Of a stretch of DNA of 62,388 bases, positions 9,917 through 22,004 are shown piece by piece. The stretch comes from Macrostomum lignano. Taxonomy: Eukaryota. Each line of letters starts with the position of its first letter. Position 1 is the first letter of the stretch. The notes under the pieces are model-generated. The model made no database searches. It had not been told where the DNA came from and saw only the letters and a program-made list of their open reading frames with translations. Position numbers and translations under genes: made by a program. The stretch covers positions 1 to 62,388 of the forward strand of contig NIVC01003018.1 in the NCBI GenBank assembly GCA_002269645.1. Direction: 5' to 3'.

Positions 9917-10610
9917 GCCATAGTCAGGAAGGTGGCCTTTTTTGTCAAAAATTCTAGCATGCATCGGCATAGCCAAAGATATTTGGCTTACATTCAGCAT
10001 ACATTTGGTCTGCCTTGCAACAGTTGGCATACATTCAACATATGCCATGTACGCCACAAATATGTGACATGATGTGTAAAGATGTTCCGAAAGCAAATTT
10101 TCTGTCAAAATCAAAATCGAAATCGAAATTCGCTATTTTCCAAAATCAAATATTGAAATTTTCCGAAATCAAAATTTAGAAAAACAAAGTTTAGTATAAC
10201 TGATACTCACTTTTCTACTTTTGATTTACTGCTCATGCAAAACAAAATACATGTATGTTTAGCAAAAGTTCATTTATTTTTAGCCACTAAATGAATAGAA
10301 TCTCTCATTGCCACTTTTAAATGTAAAAAAAATTTTCAACGCGAAAACCATATACTAAGTTGTACATATATAAAATGTACAGTTAAAATGTACATGTATC
10401 ATTGCATGACTAGCAATAACTGAGATTGTTTAAATAATAATGCATGTACATGTATGGTAAATGTACATCCATGTACTAAAATGCGAAAAATATGCAATAT
10501 TCAGCATGCATTATAGTATATTTGGCGTACATATGGTTATATTTGGCATATATAGGTAGCCCTGCCTGAATTTCATTCCAGCGTACACATGCCACTTTCC
10601 TGACTATGGC
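9917..10610. mobile_element. Non-autonomous TIR element (MITE), 694 bp, 6-bp flanking duplication
   Basis: 20-bp TIR GCCATAGTCAGGAARGTGGC (19/20 match) at 9917-9936 and 10591-10610; CTATAA directly flanks both ends. Confidence 0.75.
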
Positions 10611-11049
10611 CTATAAGTTACCACAATGTCTGTTGCCAATATGAATTGTTGCTGAAAAATCTGTTGCCAAAGTGTCTTGTCACCAAAGTTTCTAGAAACC
10701 TATGTTAGTTACCATATCTACTAGCTATTTAGTACTGGCAGACAAATAGTCCACTGGCCATTTCCCTAGGGCAGACAAATAGAAATGCAATTGGAATTAG
10801 GCCTATGTTAGTGGGTGGGGTGCTGCAGGGTGTCTAGTGATGATCAAGAAGAGTTGTTGCTCAAGATTGCTTAGGAAAGCAAGCAAAACAAGAAATCTCT
10901 CAGTATCCCAGTCCCTCCCACCTTAGTCCCTTTTTAAAGACAGGAGACAGACATAAAATTGATATACTGCAGCTATTACCATGTCTTATACTCACACAAG
11001 TTCAAATATTTATTTGTAGAAACTAAGGAAGTTGTTAGGCCCCTTTGGG

Positions 11050-11413
11050 GGCTGTAGCCTAGCAGTCTAGCGCAGGCTCTGGTATGCCAGCAACCCAGGC
11101 TCGATTCCAAGTGCAGTCACATTAATTTGGGGCTGAATTGGAATCTCGGCTTGGCTCTGCTCGTGCAATTAACAGCCTTGAGAGCCAACCCCCAAGGCAC
11201 AATGAAGTGTACATGCCTAATGATAATTATAAAAATAAAAGTTAGGGCCACTATATACCTGTGTGAGTGTGTGCCTGTGTACACCTATCTGTGCGCTTGT
11301 ATGCTTGCTCAGGGGTGTTGGTGGAATGGGCAGTAATGCCTCTCACTAGTTGTGTGCCTATGTCGCTTAAAGTGCGCCAGGATGCACACAACCCCCCTGT
11401 CTCTAATAAAAAA
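11050..11413 (+). mobile_element. tRNA-derived SINE, copy 1
   Basis: tRNA-like head 11050-11119 with acceptor stem GGCTGTA/TGCAGTC, A box TAGCCTAGCAG and B box GGCTCGATTCC. Body is homologous to the copies at 14.1 and 33.0 kb. A-rich end and degenerate TSD AGGCCCCTTTGGGG / AGGCCCATTGGGG. Confidence 0.85.
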
Positions 11414-12489
11414 GGCCCATTGGGGCCTATTTTCCAAAAAATGAACATGCAAAAGTAGAGAATTGCTGGCCTATATACTATATATCAATATCAATCAATA
11501 TGTCTATTTTCATGTCTATCTCTATCTATCTCTATCATTTTTCAATATCTCATCTATTATGCCTATATATAAATAGGCTTTTTATTGATTGTCTATAATA
11601 TCTATATACTATTAGGCCTATGCCTAACTGAATTTTTATTTCAAATTGAATTGCATCATAGTTCAATTAGTTGATTAGGCTATGCCTGAAAACATTGCAG
11701 AAGCATATCTGATAGCACTAGACTTGATTTAGATTTTATAATTAACCATATTTTTTACTTTAATTGAGACTAATATTGACTACCTAAGAAATTGCTTATG
11801 TCATAATTGTTTTGTGACTTTTATTATTTCTGTTTTAATATGAGTATAGAATCTAAATTGTAGCCAATGGCCAATATTATGGATAGCATCTAAGATAAAT
11901 TGATTCCAAACTATATAAGCAGGTTCCTAGGCCTAGTCATTTCATAATTTGCCATTTCATCATCTGGGGTATCTGGGGTGCTCACTTTGACTAGGGTTAC
12001 TTTGTCATCTTAATTAGTATACATATACACTACCTGAATAGTCATTTCATCATCTACCAATTATATTAGTTCTAACTTCCAAGTGAATTAATGTGGCAAT
12101 TAAACATATTTACTTGGAATCCTAATGATCCCATCACTTTGTCATTTTATTTTTCAAGCTACTTTGCTTCTGGTCACTTTGTTATCCAATATGACAAAAT
12201 GGAATATGATGATCTGACTAGTGACCATATAGGCATAGCCTGGTATGGTCTGACACATTAAAAAAAATTGTCTAATTTAGTTTGAACCTGAGCTAAAGTA
12301 GGCCTATTAAATTTATAAGTATTGCAATTTGTTCTATAAATTCAATAAAAGCTAGAACTAGCTTTGGATATAAATAAACAAAACTACTAATGCAATGACC
12401 TAGGTTTCAATCATGATAGTATAAATATTTTTTATTAAAAGTTTTTTAAAATGTTAAACATATTTAAGCTAAGATATAATTGCACTGGC

Positions 12490-12650
12490 TGAAAATAAAT
12501 TATTGCATTAGCTAAGATGCATTAGCTAGAATTATTAGCTGAGAAATGGATTATTGCTTTAGCTAAAAGGGGGATTATTGCATTAGCTAGAAAAAAGGAT
12601 TATTTTACTAGCCAAGAAAAAGATTATTGCACTAGCTACAAAAATGATTA
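12490..12650. repeat. Degenerate ~24-bp tandem repeat (GATTATTGCATTAGCTA core)
   Basis: About 7 imperfect copies are visible. Confidence 0.6.
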
Positions 12651-12691
12651 CATTAAAAAAAACAATAACAAAGTTGCATCATATTAAATGT

Positions 12692-13160
12692 GTCAAATGC
12701 TAAGGCTTATTGGGTAATTGCTGGATGTCAAGGCTTACTGAGGGAATTGCTGAGATGTCAAGGCTTACTGGGGGAATTGCTGATGTCAAGGCTTACTGAG
12801 GGAATTGCTAAGATGTCAAGGCTTACTGGGGGAATTGCTGATGTCAAGGCTTACTGAGGGAATCGCTAGGATGCCAAGTCTTACTGAGGGAATTGCTAAG
12901 ATGTCAAGGCTTATTGGGGGAATTGCTAAGATGTCAAGGCTTATTTGGAGAATTGCTGAGATGTCAAGGCTTATTGGGGGAATTGCTAAGATGTCAAGGC
13001 TTATTGGGAGAATTGCTGAGATGTCAAGGCTTATTGGGAGAATTGCTGAGATGTCAAGGCTTATTGGGAGAATTGCTGAGATGTCAATGCTTATTGGGAG
13101 AATTGCTGAGATGTCAATGCTTATTGGGAGAATTGCTGAGATGTCAATGCTTATAGGGGT
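12692..13160. repeat. 30-bp minisatellite GAGATGTCAAGGCTTATTGGGAGAATTGCT
   Basis: About 15 copies; related to the 29-bp array at 41.1-41.9 kb. Confidence 0.95.
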
Positions 13161-13460
13161 AATCACATAGGTGTCAAGGAAAATAGGATTCACAAATAAT
13201 TTTGTTGCTTGCTTATTGGACACCCCAGAGGGGGCACTAGTTTGCTAGATAAAGACTATACTCTTCATTTTTGCTTTTTTTACAAAGCAATTATAATTTG
13301 TTTTAGTTTAAAAGTCTATTTCATAAAATATATATTAATGGAAAGTTTAATTTAGTAAATCTGGCACATTTTGCGGATTTCATTTAAATAATAATACACC
13401 TATTTTTTATGCCTATTAGAAGTGTCAGCATTACTTTATTGAAACATAGCTATTTGCAAA

Positions 13461-14946
13461 ATGCCAATGAAATGCTGCATACCTTATTGCAAGAGTAATT
13501 ACAGTACAGTCACTGAGAGAACTACAATATTTGGTTTTCCTAAGCTGCAATCAGACTTTGAAGCATGGCTCAAGGTATTACCATCAACTATAAAGGTAAG
13601 TAAACAGTGGTCTGTTTCAGTAGAAAGTTTATTTTCCATGATATAGCTCCAGCTCCATGGTTATCCGAATAAGATTCAGTTATAATTAGATTACTACATA
13701 CCTACTAGATCAAGCCACTTATCAGCCATACCACCGGCCTTTGTTTTCATAAAGCAAATGGCCCATCTAGTCAAGTGTCGGGGGTATATCTGATTGAATT
13801 TCATGTGTCTAAACTGAATGAGTTCAGTATTATTAGGTACAGATGTTCGTTGCTCCACAACATTATTTGCATGCTTTGTACTGTAACATTTCAGAAAATC
13901 ACCAAATTCATGGGTGTCTGCGCCAAGCATTGGCCAGCGGACGCGGAAATGGTTAAAATCAAGCGCTTCCTGCGGCCAGTCCATCCTCCCAGTCTATTTC
14001 TGTCGGCTATTCTGCCGGCTATTCCAAAACGATACACCACAGTTGCCAGTAAGTTTGTGCAATCGCGGCTTTTTAGCTCGGAAATTAACGAAATATTTGA
14101 TTAAGAATTCGCAAGAGTCGAAATTTCATGCGAGAGGCATTACTGCCCATTCCACCGACTCCCCTGAGCAGGCACACAAGCGCGCGAATACGAACGCAGT
14201 CATACGCACAGGCACTCACACAAGACTGTACAGCGGCCCTAACTTTATTTATCGTTATGCATGTGCACTTCACTGTGCCTTGGGGTGACTCTCAATGGCG
14301 TTGATTACACGAGCAGAGCCAAGCCGAGATTCCAGTTTAGCCCCAAATTAATGTGACTGCACTTGGAATCGAGCCTGGGCCGCTGGCACATCAGAGCGCC
14401 GCAACAGACCCCCCCACTCAAACTTGACAAGCATGAAACACTAAACTTGTTAAAAAGTTCAACTATTTGGATTAAATTGAAGTTTAACAATTCCATTCGC
14501 TGTTGCTTTTAATTGTAATTTTCACATTTTTAGGGAAACAAACAAAGACCATCCGCCGTCGCAAGATCCGGAAGCAGTCCACCCCAGCTGCGCCAGTTCC
14601 AGATTTCATTCTGCAGGCAGATGAAGCCAGTTCAAACTGTGACATGGATTTAATAAGCTCGTGGCAAAATTTCAGACAGCAAATCCAGCAGCTGGACTGC
14701 ATCAAACGGGACAGTTGGTTATTGCAAACCGGTCCAAATACCGAACTGACCTTGTTAATTGTGATTCAGCAGTCTGTGGAATGCGCAGTCTGCATCTCTG
14801 GCGACTTCACGGCAAACGCCTACCGTCAGCACACTCCGGTGTACATTGCCGATTTAATTGGTTGCGATAATCGTATCGAAAGAATTAGCCAATTAGAAGC
14901 AGTGCTGAATCGACTTGTCAAACTGTGCGAACTGGATTCAATGTAA
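13461..14946 (+). CDS. THAP zinc-finger domain protein, 3 exons, ~233 aa; resembles the N-terminal part of P-element/THAP9-type transposases
   Basis: Exons 13461-13595, 13895-14048 and 14534-14946 with GT-AG and consistent phases (0, 1). THAP C2CH signature MPMKCCIPYC...FGFP...W...VCAKHW...P. Confidence 0.82.
14128..14415 (-). mobile_element. tRNA-derived SINE, copy 2 (3'-truncated), antisense in THAP gene intron 2
   Basis: Minus strand GCCAGCGGCCCAGGCTCGATTCCAAGTGCAGTCACATTAATTTGGGGCT...CTTGGCTCTGCTCG matches copy 1. Confidence 0.85.
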
Positions 14947-15119
14947 TTGATTTATTAGTGACGGGCTAGCCAACCAATAGGTTGACTGTGTGCAGCGGCT
15001 AAATATCCTCAACATCTTTCCACTTTATTGTTTTTTGTCAGCCAAAAAAAGTTGAGAATTCTCATTTACCAACAGTGTAGATTTAGTCTCACTAGTGACT
15101 CTAGCGACTCTAGGTAGAC

Positions 15120-15810
15120 GGGTACCTCTCATTTCGCCGATTCTCGTTTCGCCGAGTCTCATTTTGCCGATTCTCGTTTCGCCGACATTCTCATTTCGCC
15201 GATTCTTGTTTCACCGAAATTAATTTCATAACCATCTGGACATTGGACCATGGACAACTACACTAATACAAATGTAATTTATATGTCTATGGCTTGAAAA
15301 ACAAAGTATTGTATTAGTAATATTGCGCGAGTATTTACCTACCATAGCCTTTTTACAGCTTAATTTCGTTAGCTTACCAGCATTACGAGTGTAGTTTTAA
15401 CTCATTCAATTCAGAAGTCAATGCAATAAAACCACTTATTTATTTCACCAGAAAAGCCACCAGAAACGATTTAAATCGGCATTTTTGTATTTCACAACCT
15501 CCATATATCCATTCATTCATCCAAAACATATATCCATTCATACCTCCATCCATTGTATTTCACAACCATACATATATACCACTGGCTATAGACTTTTTAC
15601 CATAGACCATGCAAAAGGAAGAATTCTTAGTTCTAATTTTATTTTTCAAGCCATCAAGACATCTAAATCACATTTGCATTAGTGTAGTTGTCTATGGTCT
15701 AATGTCCAGGTGGTTATGAAATTAATTTCGGCGAAATAAGAATGTCGGCGAAACGAGAATCGGCAAAATGAGAATCGTCGAAACAAGAATCGGCGAAATG
15801 AGAGGTGCCC
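15120..15810. mobile_element. Mutator-like (MULE) non-autonomous element, 691 bp
   Basis: TIRs of about 135-150 bp starting GGG(T/C)ACCTCTCATTTCGCCGA with internal ~15-bp subrepeats. Perfect 9-bp TSD TAGGTAGAC at 15111-15119 and 15811-15819. Confidence 0.92.
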
Positions 15811-16367
15811 TAGGTAGACTTGTGACTTTTTAACGACTCGTCAGGACAGAATGCGAATACATTTTTTGGCTCCAATTGTTGCCGTCAAGAGAGAGAGAGA
15901 GAGAGAGATTATTGCGTACATCCTTCTTTGTGCAGATGTCTATGGCCGAATTCTGAACTTGCTTGCCTTTCTGTCGATGTCTATGGTCAAGACGGATTCT
16001 ACTGCTGCCAAATGGGAATTCTCCACTTGGCTGACAGCAAAAGCTAAAAACTAGTTAGAAAACCGAATCCTAAGTTGAAAGCCCATAGGAACACAGACAC
16101 ACCGGGCCACTCGCCATTTGTCTATGGCCCGACCTATCTATAATTTTTTGAACTTTCAACCTTTATTGTCTGTTTTCTAAGAAAATCTATCTAGTGATTA
16201 TAAAGTAGGCATGTGTGGTTTCATATGGTGATTTGGATTTTTGCATTTTTACTGCTCGCATAGGGTTGATTCATTTGTGTAACTTTTAGCTAGCTGTCTA
16301 TTTTTTTATTGATAATAAAAATTTTACCATATGTTTGTCCGTGTTTGTAAATATTGTAAAATGTACA

Positions 16368-16497
16368 TCTAGAGGTAAGGTATAAAATAGAAAAATGGTC
16401 TAGAGACAAAGTACAAAGTATAATAAGGATCTAGAGGTAAGGTATAAAATAGAAAAATGGTCTAGAGACAAAGTACAAAGTATAATAAAGATCTAGA
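16368..16497. repeat. 62-bp direct duplication
   Basis: TCTAGAGGTAAGGTATAAAATAGAAAAATGGTCTAGAGACAAAGTACAAAGTATAATAA repeated at 16368 and 16430. Confidence 0.85.
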
Positions 16498-17139
16498 GAT
16501 ACGTACAAAACACAATGAGATTCCCAATGTAAAGGTAAATTTCAAAGCAATAATATCATACGAAAAAAGTGTTGCATTTGCTGAAAACCTAATTAGATGA
16601 CGAGGCATTGACCTATAACAATGCGGTAACTCTTACTCACGCCTTTCACCCCGTAAAGTCAAAGTAAATTCTTTATTTTTTGCATCATTAGAAATGCTCG
16701 TAATATAAGTGAAATTTCGCATCGTTATATGTAGTTGGCCATCTGTAATAATATGTTCGTATGTATCTCTGAGTTGATATTTGCAACAAGACATTTCCAC
16801 ATTAAGTATATTGTTTGCGTATCTAAACATTAGAAATATTTTTTGATAAAATTGCCTTTTGTGCCTACTCTTTTGTGTGCGTTTTATTTCCTTATATTGA
16901 TGCGTGATTTCTCCCTTTAGTGTCTATAATCACGGTATATGAACCTGTATCTTGTTTCATTTCCTGGTTTTTCTGTGGCTCTTTTGCTATTCTTCAATTC
17001 CGCATTTTCCTGCTTGAAATCAAACACCTGCTCCCTGCCTTGATTCTCTCAGATCTCTGCTTCCTTGAGACTCGAATTAATTCGTTCAGCTTGTTTTTGC
17101 CTTGCAATCCCAAACTGATTCGAATTAGTCTCCGAAATT

Positions 17140-17780
17140 CCTAGAAGTCTCTAATTCTTAGAAATCCTAATGTATTTCCTAGAAATGTAATTCTTCAAAA
17201 TCTTACTGTAGTCCTAGAAGTCTCTAATTCTTAAAAATCCTAATGTATTTCCTAGAAATGTAATTCTTCAAAATCTTACTGTAGTCCTAGAAGTCTCTAA
17301 TTCTTAAAAATCCTAATGTATTTCCTAGAAATGTAATTCTTCAAAATCTTACTGTAGTCCTAGAAGTCTCCAATTCTTAGAAATCCTAATGTATATCCTA
17401 GAAATGTAATTCTTCAAAATCTTACTGTAGTCCTAGAAGTCTCTCTAATGTATTTCCTAGAAATCTAATTCTTAGAGATCACATTGTATTCCTAGAAGTC
17501 TCACTAGATTCCAGGAAATTTCACTATATTCCTAGAAAACTTACTGCATTCCTAGAAATCTCACTGTATTCCTAGAAATTTTACTGCATTCCTAGAAATC
17601 TCACTGTATTCCTAGAAATCTCACTGTATTCCTAGAAATCTTACTGCATTCCTAGAAATCTCACTGTATTCCTAGAAATCTTACTGCATTCCTAGAAATC
17701 TCAGTGTGTTCCTAAAAATCTTACTGCATTCCTAGAAATCTCAGTGTGTTCCTAGAAATCTCACCTCACTGTATTTCTAG
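17140..17780. repeat. Compound array: 73-bp higher-order unit (about 4 copies) followed by 20-bp TTCCTAGAAATCTCACTGTA units
   Basis: GTCCTAGAAG recurs at 17211, 17284 and 17357; 20-bp period from about 17490. Confidence 0.9.
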
Positions 17781-17865
17781 AAGTCCCATATATTTCTCAA
17801 AATCCCACCCCAGAAATACCAGCGCCTTTATCTAAACATTCACTGATAAAAATACGAGGACCATA

Positions 17866-20800
17866 ATGTTAGAGACGAATGTCTGCAAGACTCGAATCCA
17901 ATTGATCCATTCGGCAATTCCAGGCCGAGTCACTGGCGGCTGTACGCGAGCAGGTGACGAGCAGCCTGCATCATATTTACACCCGCGATCAGCCCAGTCA
18001 GCAGCAGCTGACGCCTCAACAATCCGAGGAGCTGGACCGCCTAGCCGATGCCAAAGTGTTCTGCTGTCGAGCGCCCCTGGCCGAGCTTGTCGCTCTTGAC
18101 TGCGTCTGCGCCTGTCTGGCCGCCTGTCCGGAGCCGAAGCGACTGTTCGACCGGCTGTTTCATTCCGCCGGAGCCGGCTGGCCGGTGCAGCGGGAGAAGC
18201 GCCGGGCCACCCAGCTGAGCCGCCTGCTGTCTCTGTGCCTGTGCACCGGCACCGGCGGACCCGTGCTGGAATGCGCGGCCTCTTGGCTTCGCCGCCACGA
18301 AGGCCGTCCGGCTGTCCGACTGGTGGCCAGAGCTCTGGCCGAGGACGCGACCGCGATGCCGCCTGAGCAGCTGCGCCGGCTGGGACAGCTTGGCAGGTGA
18401 GTGCGAGAGTGGATGAGAATGGGTACTCTGTCTGTCTATTTCTGATTGGTTCCCTGCTTAAATGGCACTTTAAAGTTATTGGTTTCTAATCTTTCTAAGA
18501 ATCACTTCGTTAAAATGTAGTGAGAATCGCCCTATTAAGTTGCCATGAGAATCACCCTTTTAAATCGCCATGAGAATCGCCTTTTCAAATCGCCATGAGT
18601 ATCGCCCATTTAAATCGCCATGAGAATCGCCTTTTCAAATCGCCATGAGAATCGCCCATTAAATCGCCATGAGAATCGCCCATTAAATCGCCATGAGAAT
18701 AACCCATTGAATCTTCTCTAATATTCGAAAATATGAAGTCAATCCCAATGCCCTTTGTAGAACTTCGCCACAGGCTGCTGAAGCACTTTTATTGGCTTTC
18801 GGAGACACATACGGCTGGGAGACTGCAGGCAGTCAGCAGCAGCAAAAACAGCAGCAGCAGCAGGAACAGCACACTCTGGAGCCGCCGCCCCTAGCTGTGT
18901 TGCAGCTGGCCTGCGATTGGCTGCAATCTTGCGGCGGCAGCAGCGGTGGAAAGCAGCAATCCATGCAGCAGCAGCAGCAGCAGCAGCAGCAACTGGCTAC
19001 TCTGCTGCGCGGCGCCGGGGCACAGCGGCATGCCGAGCATTCGGCTCTATACTGCATGCTCAGGTGGGCCTTGCTATGCATTCACAGTACCTGTGCGCAT
19101 CTTATCCTGTCTCTTCTGAGATAATCCCCCTCCAATCCACCCAGAGAATCGCCCCTCCAATCCACCCAGAGAATCGCCCCTCCAATCCACCCAGAGAATC
19201 GCCCCTTAATCCACCTAGAGAATCGCCCCTCTAATCCAGTCAGAGAATCGCCCCTTAATCCACCTAGAGAATCGCCCCTCCAATCCACCCAGAGAATCGC
19301 CCCTTAATCCACCTAGAGAATCGCCCCTCTAATCCAGTCAGAGAATCGCCCCTTAATCCACCTAGAGAATCGCCCCTCTAATCCACCTAGAGAATCACCC
19401 CTCTAATCCACCCAGAGAATCGCCCCTTAATCCACCTAGAGAATCGCCCCTCTAATCCAGTCAGAGAATCGCCCCTTAATCCACCTAGAGAATCGCCCCT
19501 CTAATCCAGTCAGAGAATCGCCCCTTAATCCACCCAGAGAATCGCCCCTCTAATCCACCCAGAGAATCGCCCCTCTAATCCACCTAGAGAATCGCCCCTC
19601 TAATCCAGTCAGAGAATCGCTCTCTAATCCACCCAGAGAATCGCCCCTTAATCCACCCAGAGAATCGCCCCTCTAATCCACCTAGAGAATCGCCCCTCTA
19701 ATCCAGTAAGAGAATCGACCCCTAAATCCACCCAGAGAATCGCCCCTCTAATCCACCCAGAGAATCGCCCCTCTAATCCACCTAGAGAATCGCCCCTCTA
19801 ATCCACCTAGAGAATCGCCCCTCTAATCCACCTAGAGAATCGCTCTCTAATCCACCCAGAGAATCGCCCCTCTAATCCACCTAGAGAATCACCCCTCTAA
19901 TCCACTAAGAGAATCGCCCCTCTAATCCACTAAGAGAATCGCCCCTCTAATCCACCTAGAGAATCGCCTTCTAATCCACCTAGAGAATCACCCCTCTAAT
20001 CCACTAAGAGAATCGCCCCTCTAATCCAGTCAGAGAATCGCTCTCTAATCCACCCAGAGAATCGCCCCTTAATCCACCTAGAGAATCGCCTTCTAATCCA
20101 CCTAGAGAATCACCCCTCTAATCCACTAAGAGAATCGCCCCTCTAATCCACTTAGAGAATCGCCCCTCTAATCCAGTCAGAGAATCGCCCCTCTAATCCA
20201 CCTAGAGAATCGCCCCTCCAATCCACCTAGAGAATCGCCCCTCTAATCCACCTAGAGAATCGCCCCTCTAATCCACCTAGAGAATCGCCTCTCTAATCCA
20301 CCTAGAGAATCGCCCCTCTAATCCACCTAGAGAATCGCCCCTCCAATCCACCTAGAGAATCGCCCCACTAATCCACCTAGAGAATCGCCCCTCCAATCCA
20401 CCTAGAGAATCGCCCCTCTAATCCACCTAGAGAATCGCCCTTCCAATCCACCCAGAGAATCGCCTTTGCAATCTCATGGAGATAGTTAATCAAGTGACTA
20501 TAGTTGAAACTCGCAATAATAAAAATAAAAGTGCAAACTTAAAGTTCATATGTACTTTTATTTCACTCAATCTACAGATGGCTCGCCGCGTCGCCTCTGC
20601 CGTCCATGCCGCCGCTTGGCTCAGCCGATGCCGCCATCGCCCGATTACTTGACGACCTCTTTGCCGCTCTAGTCGACTCCTGTGTCCGCTGTCCGGCCGA
20701 CTCAGCTGTGTCCGGCGGCGGCGGCGGCAATTCTTCGTCCACTAATAGCAATCCTAATCACTTGTCCGCCGCGCCATTGCGAGGCTCCGAAGCGGCCGAA

Positions 20801-21019
20801 TTGCTCGACATAGCGGCCAGATCCGCCTGTCCGGAATCCGCGCTTACCCGCCTCGCCCACCTACTTCCACTGGCCATGTCCGCCGGACTGTTGGCCGGCC
20901 GGCCGGCTCAACTTGGCCGCCTGTTAGCCGGACACGCCAAAGTTTGTCAGTTTGCCGGGGTGGCCGGCCGAGCTTTGATGGCGTCGTCGGGCTCCGAAAT
21001 TGGAGTGTCCAGGAATTAA
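17866..21019 (+). CDS. INTS15: Integrator complex subunit 15 (C7orf26 homologue); start codon uncertain
   Basis: Exons 17924-18396, 18761-19063 and 20578-21019 (phases 2, 2). PVLECAASWLRR...VRLVARALAED, PPLAVLQLACDW, LRWLAASPL and LTRLAHLLPLAMSAGLL match recalled human C7orf26 motifs PVLECAASWLQR, VRLAKALVDD, LIRWCVKAPL and LDRLAQALQVAMASGALL. Poly-Q inserts in exon 2. Confidence 0.88.
18522..18712. repeat. ~24-bp minisatellite (GAGAATCGCC...AAATCGCCAT) in INTS15 intron
   Basis: About 8 copies. Confidence 0.9.
19125..20465 (+). repeat. 25-bp minisatellite AGAGAATCGCCCCTCTAATCCACCT in INTS15 intron
   Basis: More than 50 copies, period 24-25. Confidence 0.97.
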
Positions 21020-21490
21020 AAGTGTCCACAAATTCATTGTGGTGTCCGGGAATCTTGTAGTGTCCAGGAGTCTACTAAAATGTCCGGTAGTCTATTTAAC
21101 TGTCCGGGAGGCTATTGTAGTGTCTGGGAGTCTATTGTATTGTCCGAGAGGCTATTGTAGTGTCCGGGATCCTATTGTTGTGTCTGGGAGGCTATTTTTG
21201 TGTCCGGTAGTCTGTTTAACTGTCCGGTAGTCTATTTAACTGTCCGGGAGTCTATTGTAGTGTCCGGGAGTCTATTGTAGTGTCCGGGAGTCTATTGTAG
21301 TGTCCGGGAGTCTATTGTAGTGTCCGGGAGTCTATTGTAGTGTTCGGGAGTCTATTGTAGTGTTCGGGAGTCTATTGTAGTGTCCGGGAGTCTATTGTAT
21401 TGTCCGAGAGGCTATTGTAGTGTCTGGGAGGCTATTTTAGTGTCTGGGAGGCTATTGTAGTGTCCGGGAGGCTATTGTAGTGTCCGGGAT
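21005..21490. repeat. 20-bp minisatellite GGGAGTCTATTGTAGTGTCC beginning at the INTS15 stop codon
   Basis: GTGTCC recurs every 20 nt from within the last codons; degenerate on the 5' side and homogeneous at 21245-21400. Confidence 0.92.
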
Positions 21491-22004
21491 GTGTGCTCAT
21501 TAATGATTCTCAAGCATCCAGCTGCTCTGTACAATAACGAATGCTGGCGTTAATAAATTTAATTTGATGTAAGATAATTTATTTAGTTAAGTCAACTTCA
21601 CGACTGGACAGTTAGACCTTGTAATTAACCTTAATAGTCCCGAATTGTTACCTGTTGTCACCAGGTAATTAAACAATTGCCAATTTTGATCAGTTTGATT
21701 GACCGTCAATCCAGTTCTGTTTAAGGCTGTGTTTGTTAGCCGTCTTCTGTTTCTGTTATTTAATTGTGTCTTTGTAACTGTCTACGCGCTTCTTTATTTA
21801 ATACAGCATTCGCTTTGCCGCCATAATCAATATGTAAATCATTCACAACTGAATGTAGTTTTATTTTATTCAAATAAATAGGTTCTGCTGAGTGCATTTT
21901 CTATAGGGCGATTCTCGCTTTTGTTGGAATAAATGTTTAAACAATAAATTGTTTAACAGCTTATGCGTGTGTCATCTTTCTGCCTGCTCTACTTTGTCTA
22001 AGGT

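Noticed and set aside
11050-11119. Possible tRNA gene
   Set aside because: The acceptor and T arms fold but the anticodon arm is irregular, and it is fused to a repeated SINE body, so it was annotated as a SINE head.
13223-13240. CTCF-like motif CCCCAGAGGGGGCACTA
   Set aside because: One base short of the consensus spacing, and CTCF is reported lost in flatworms.
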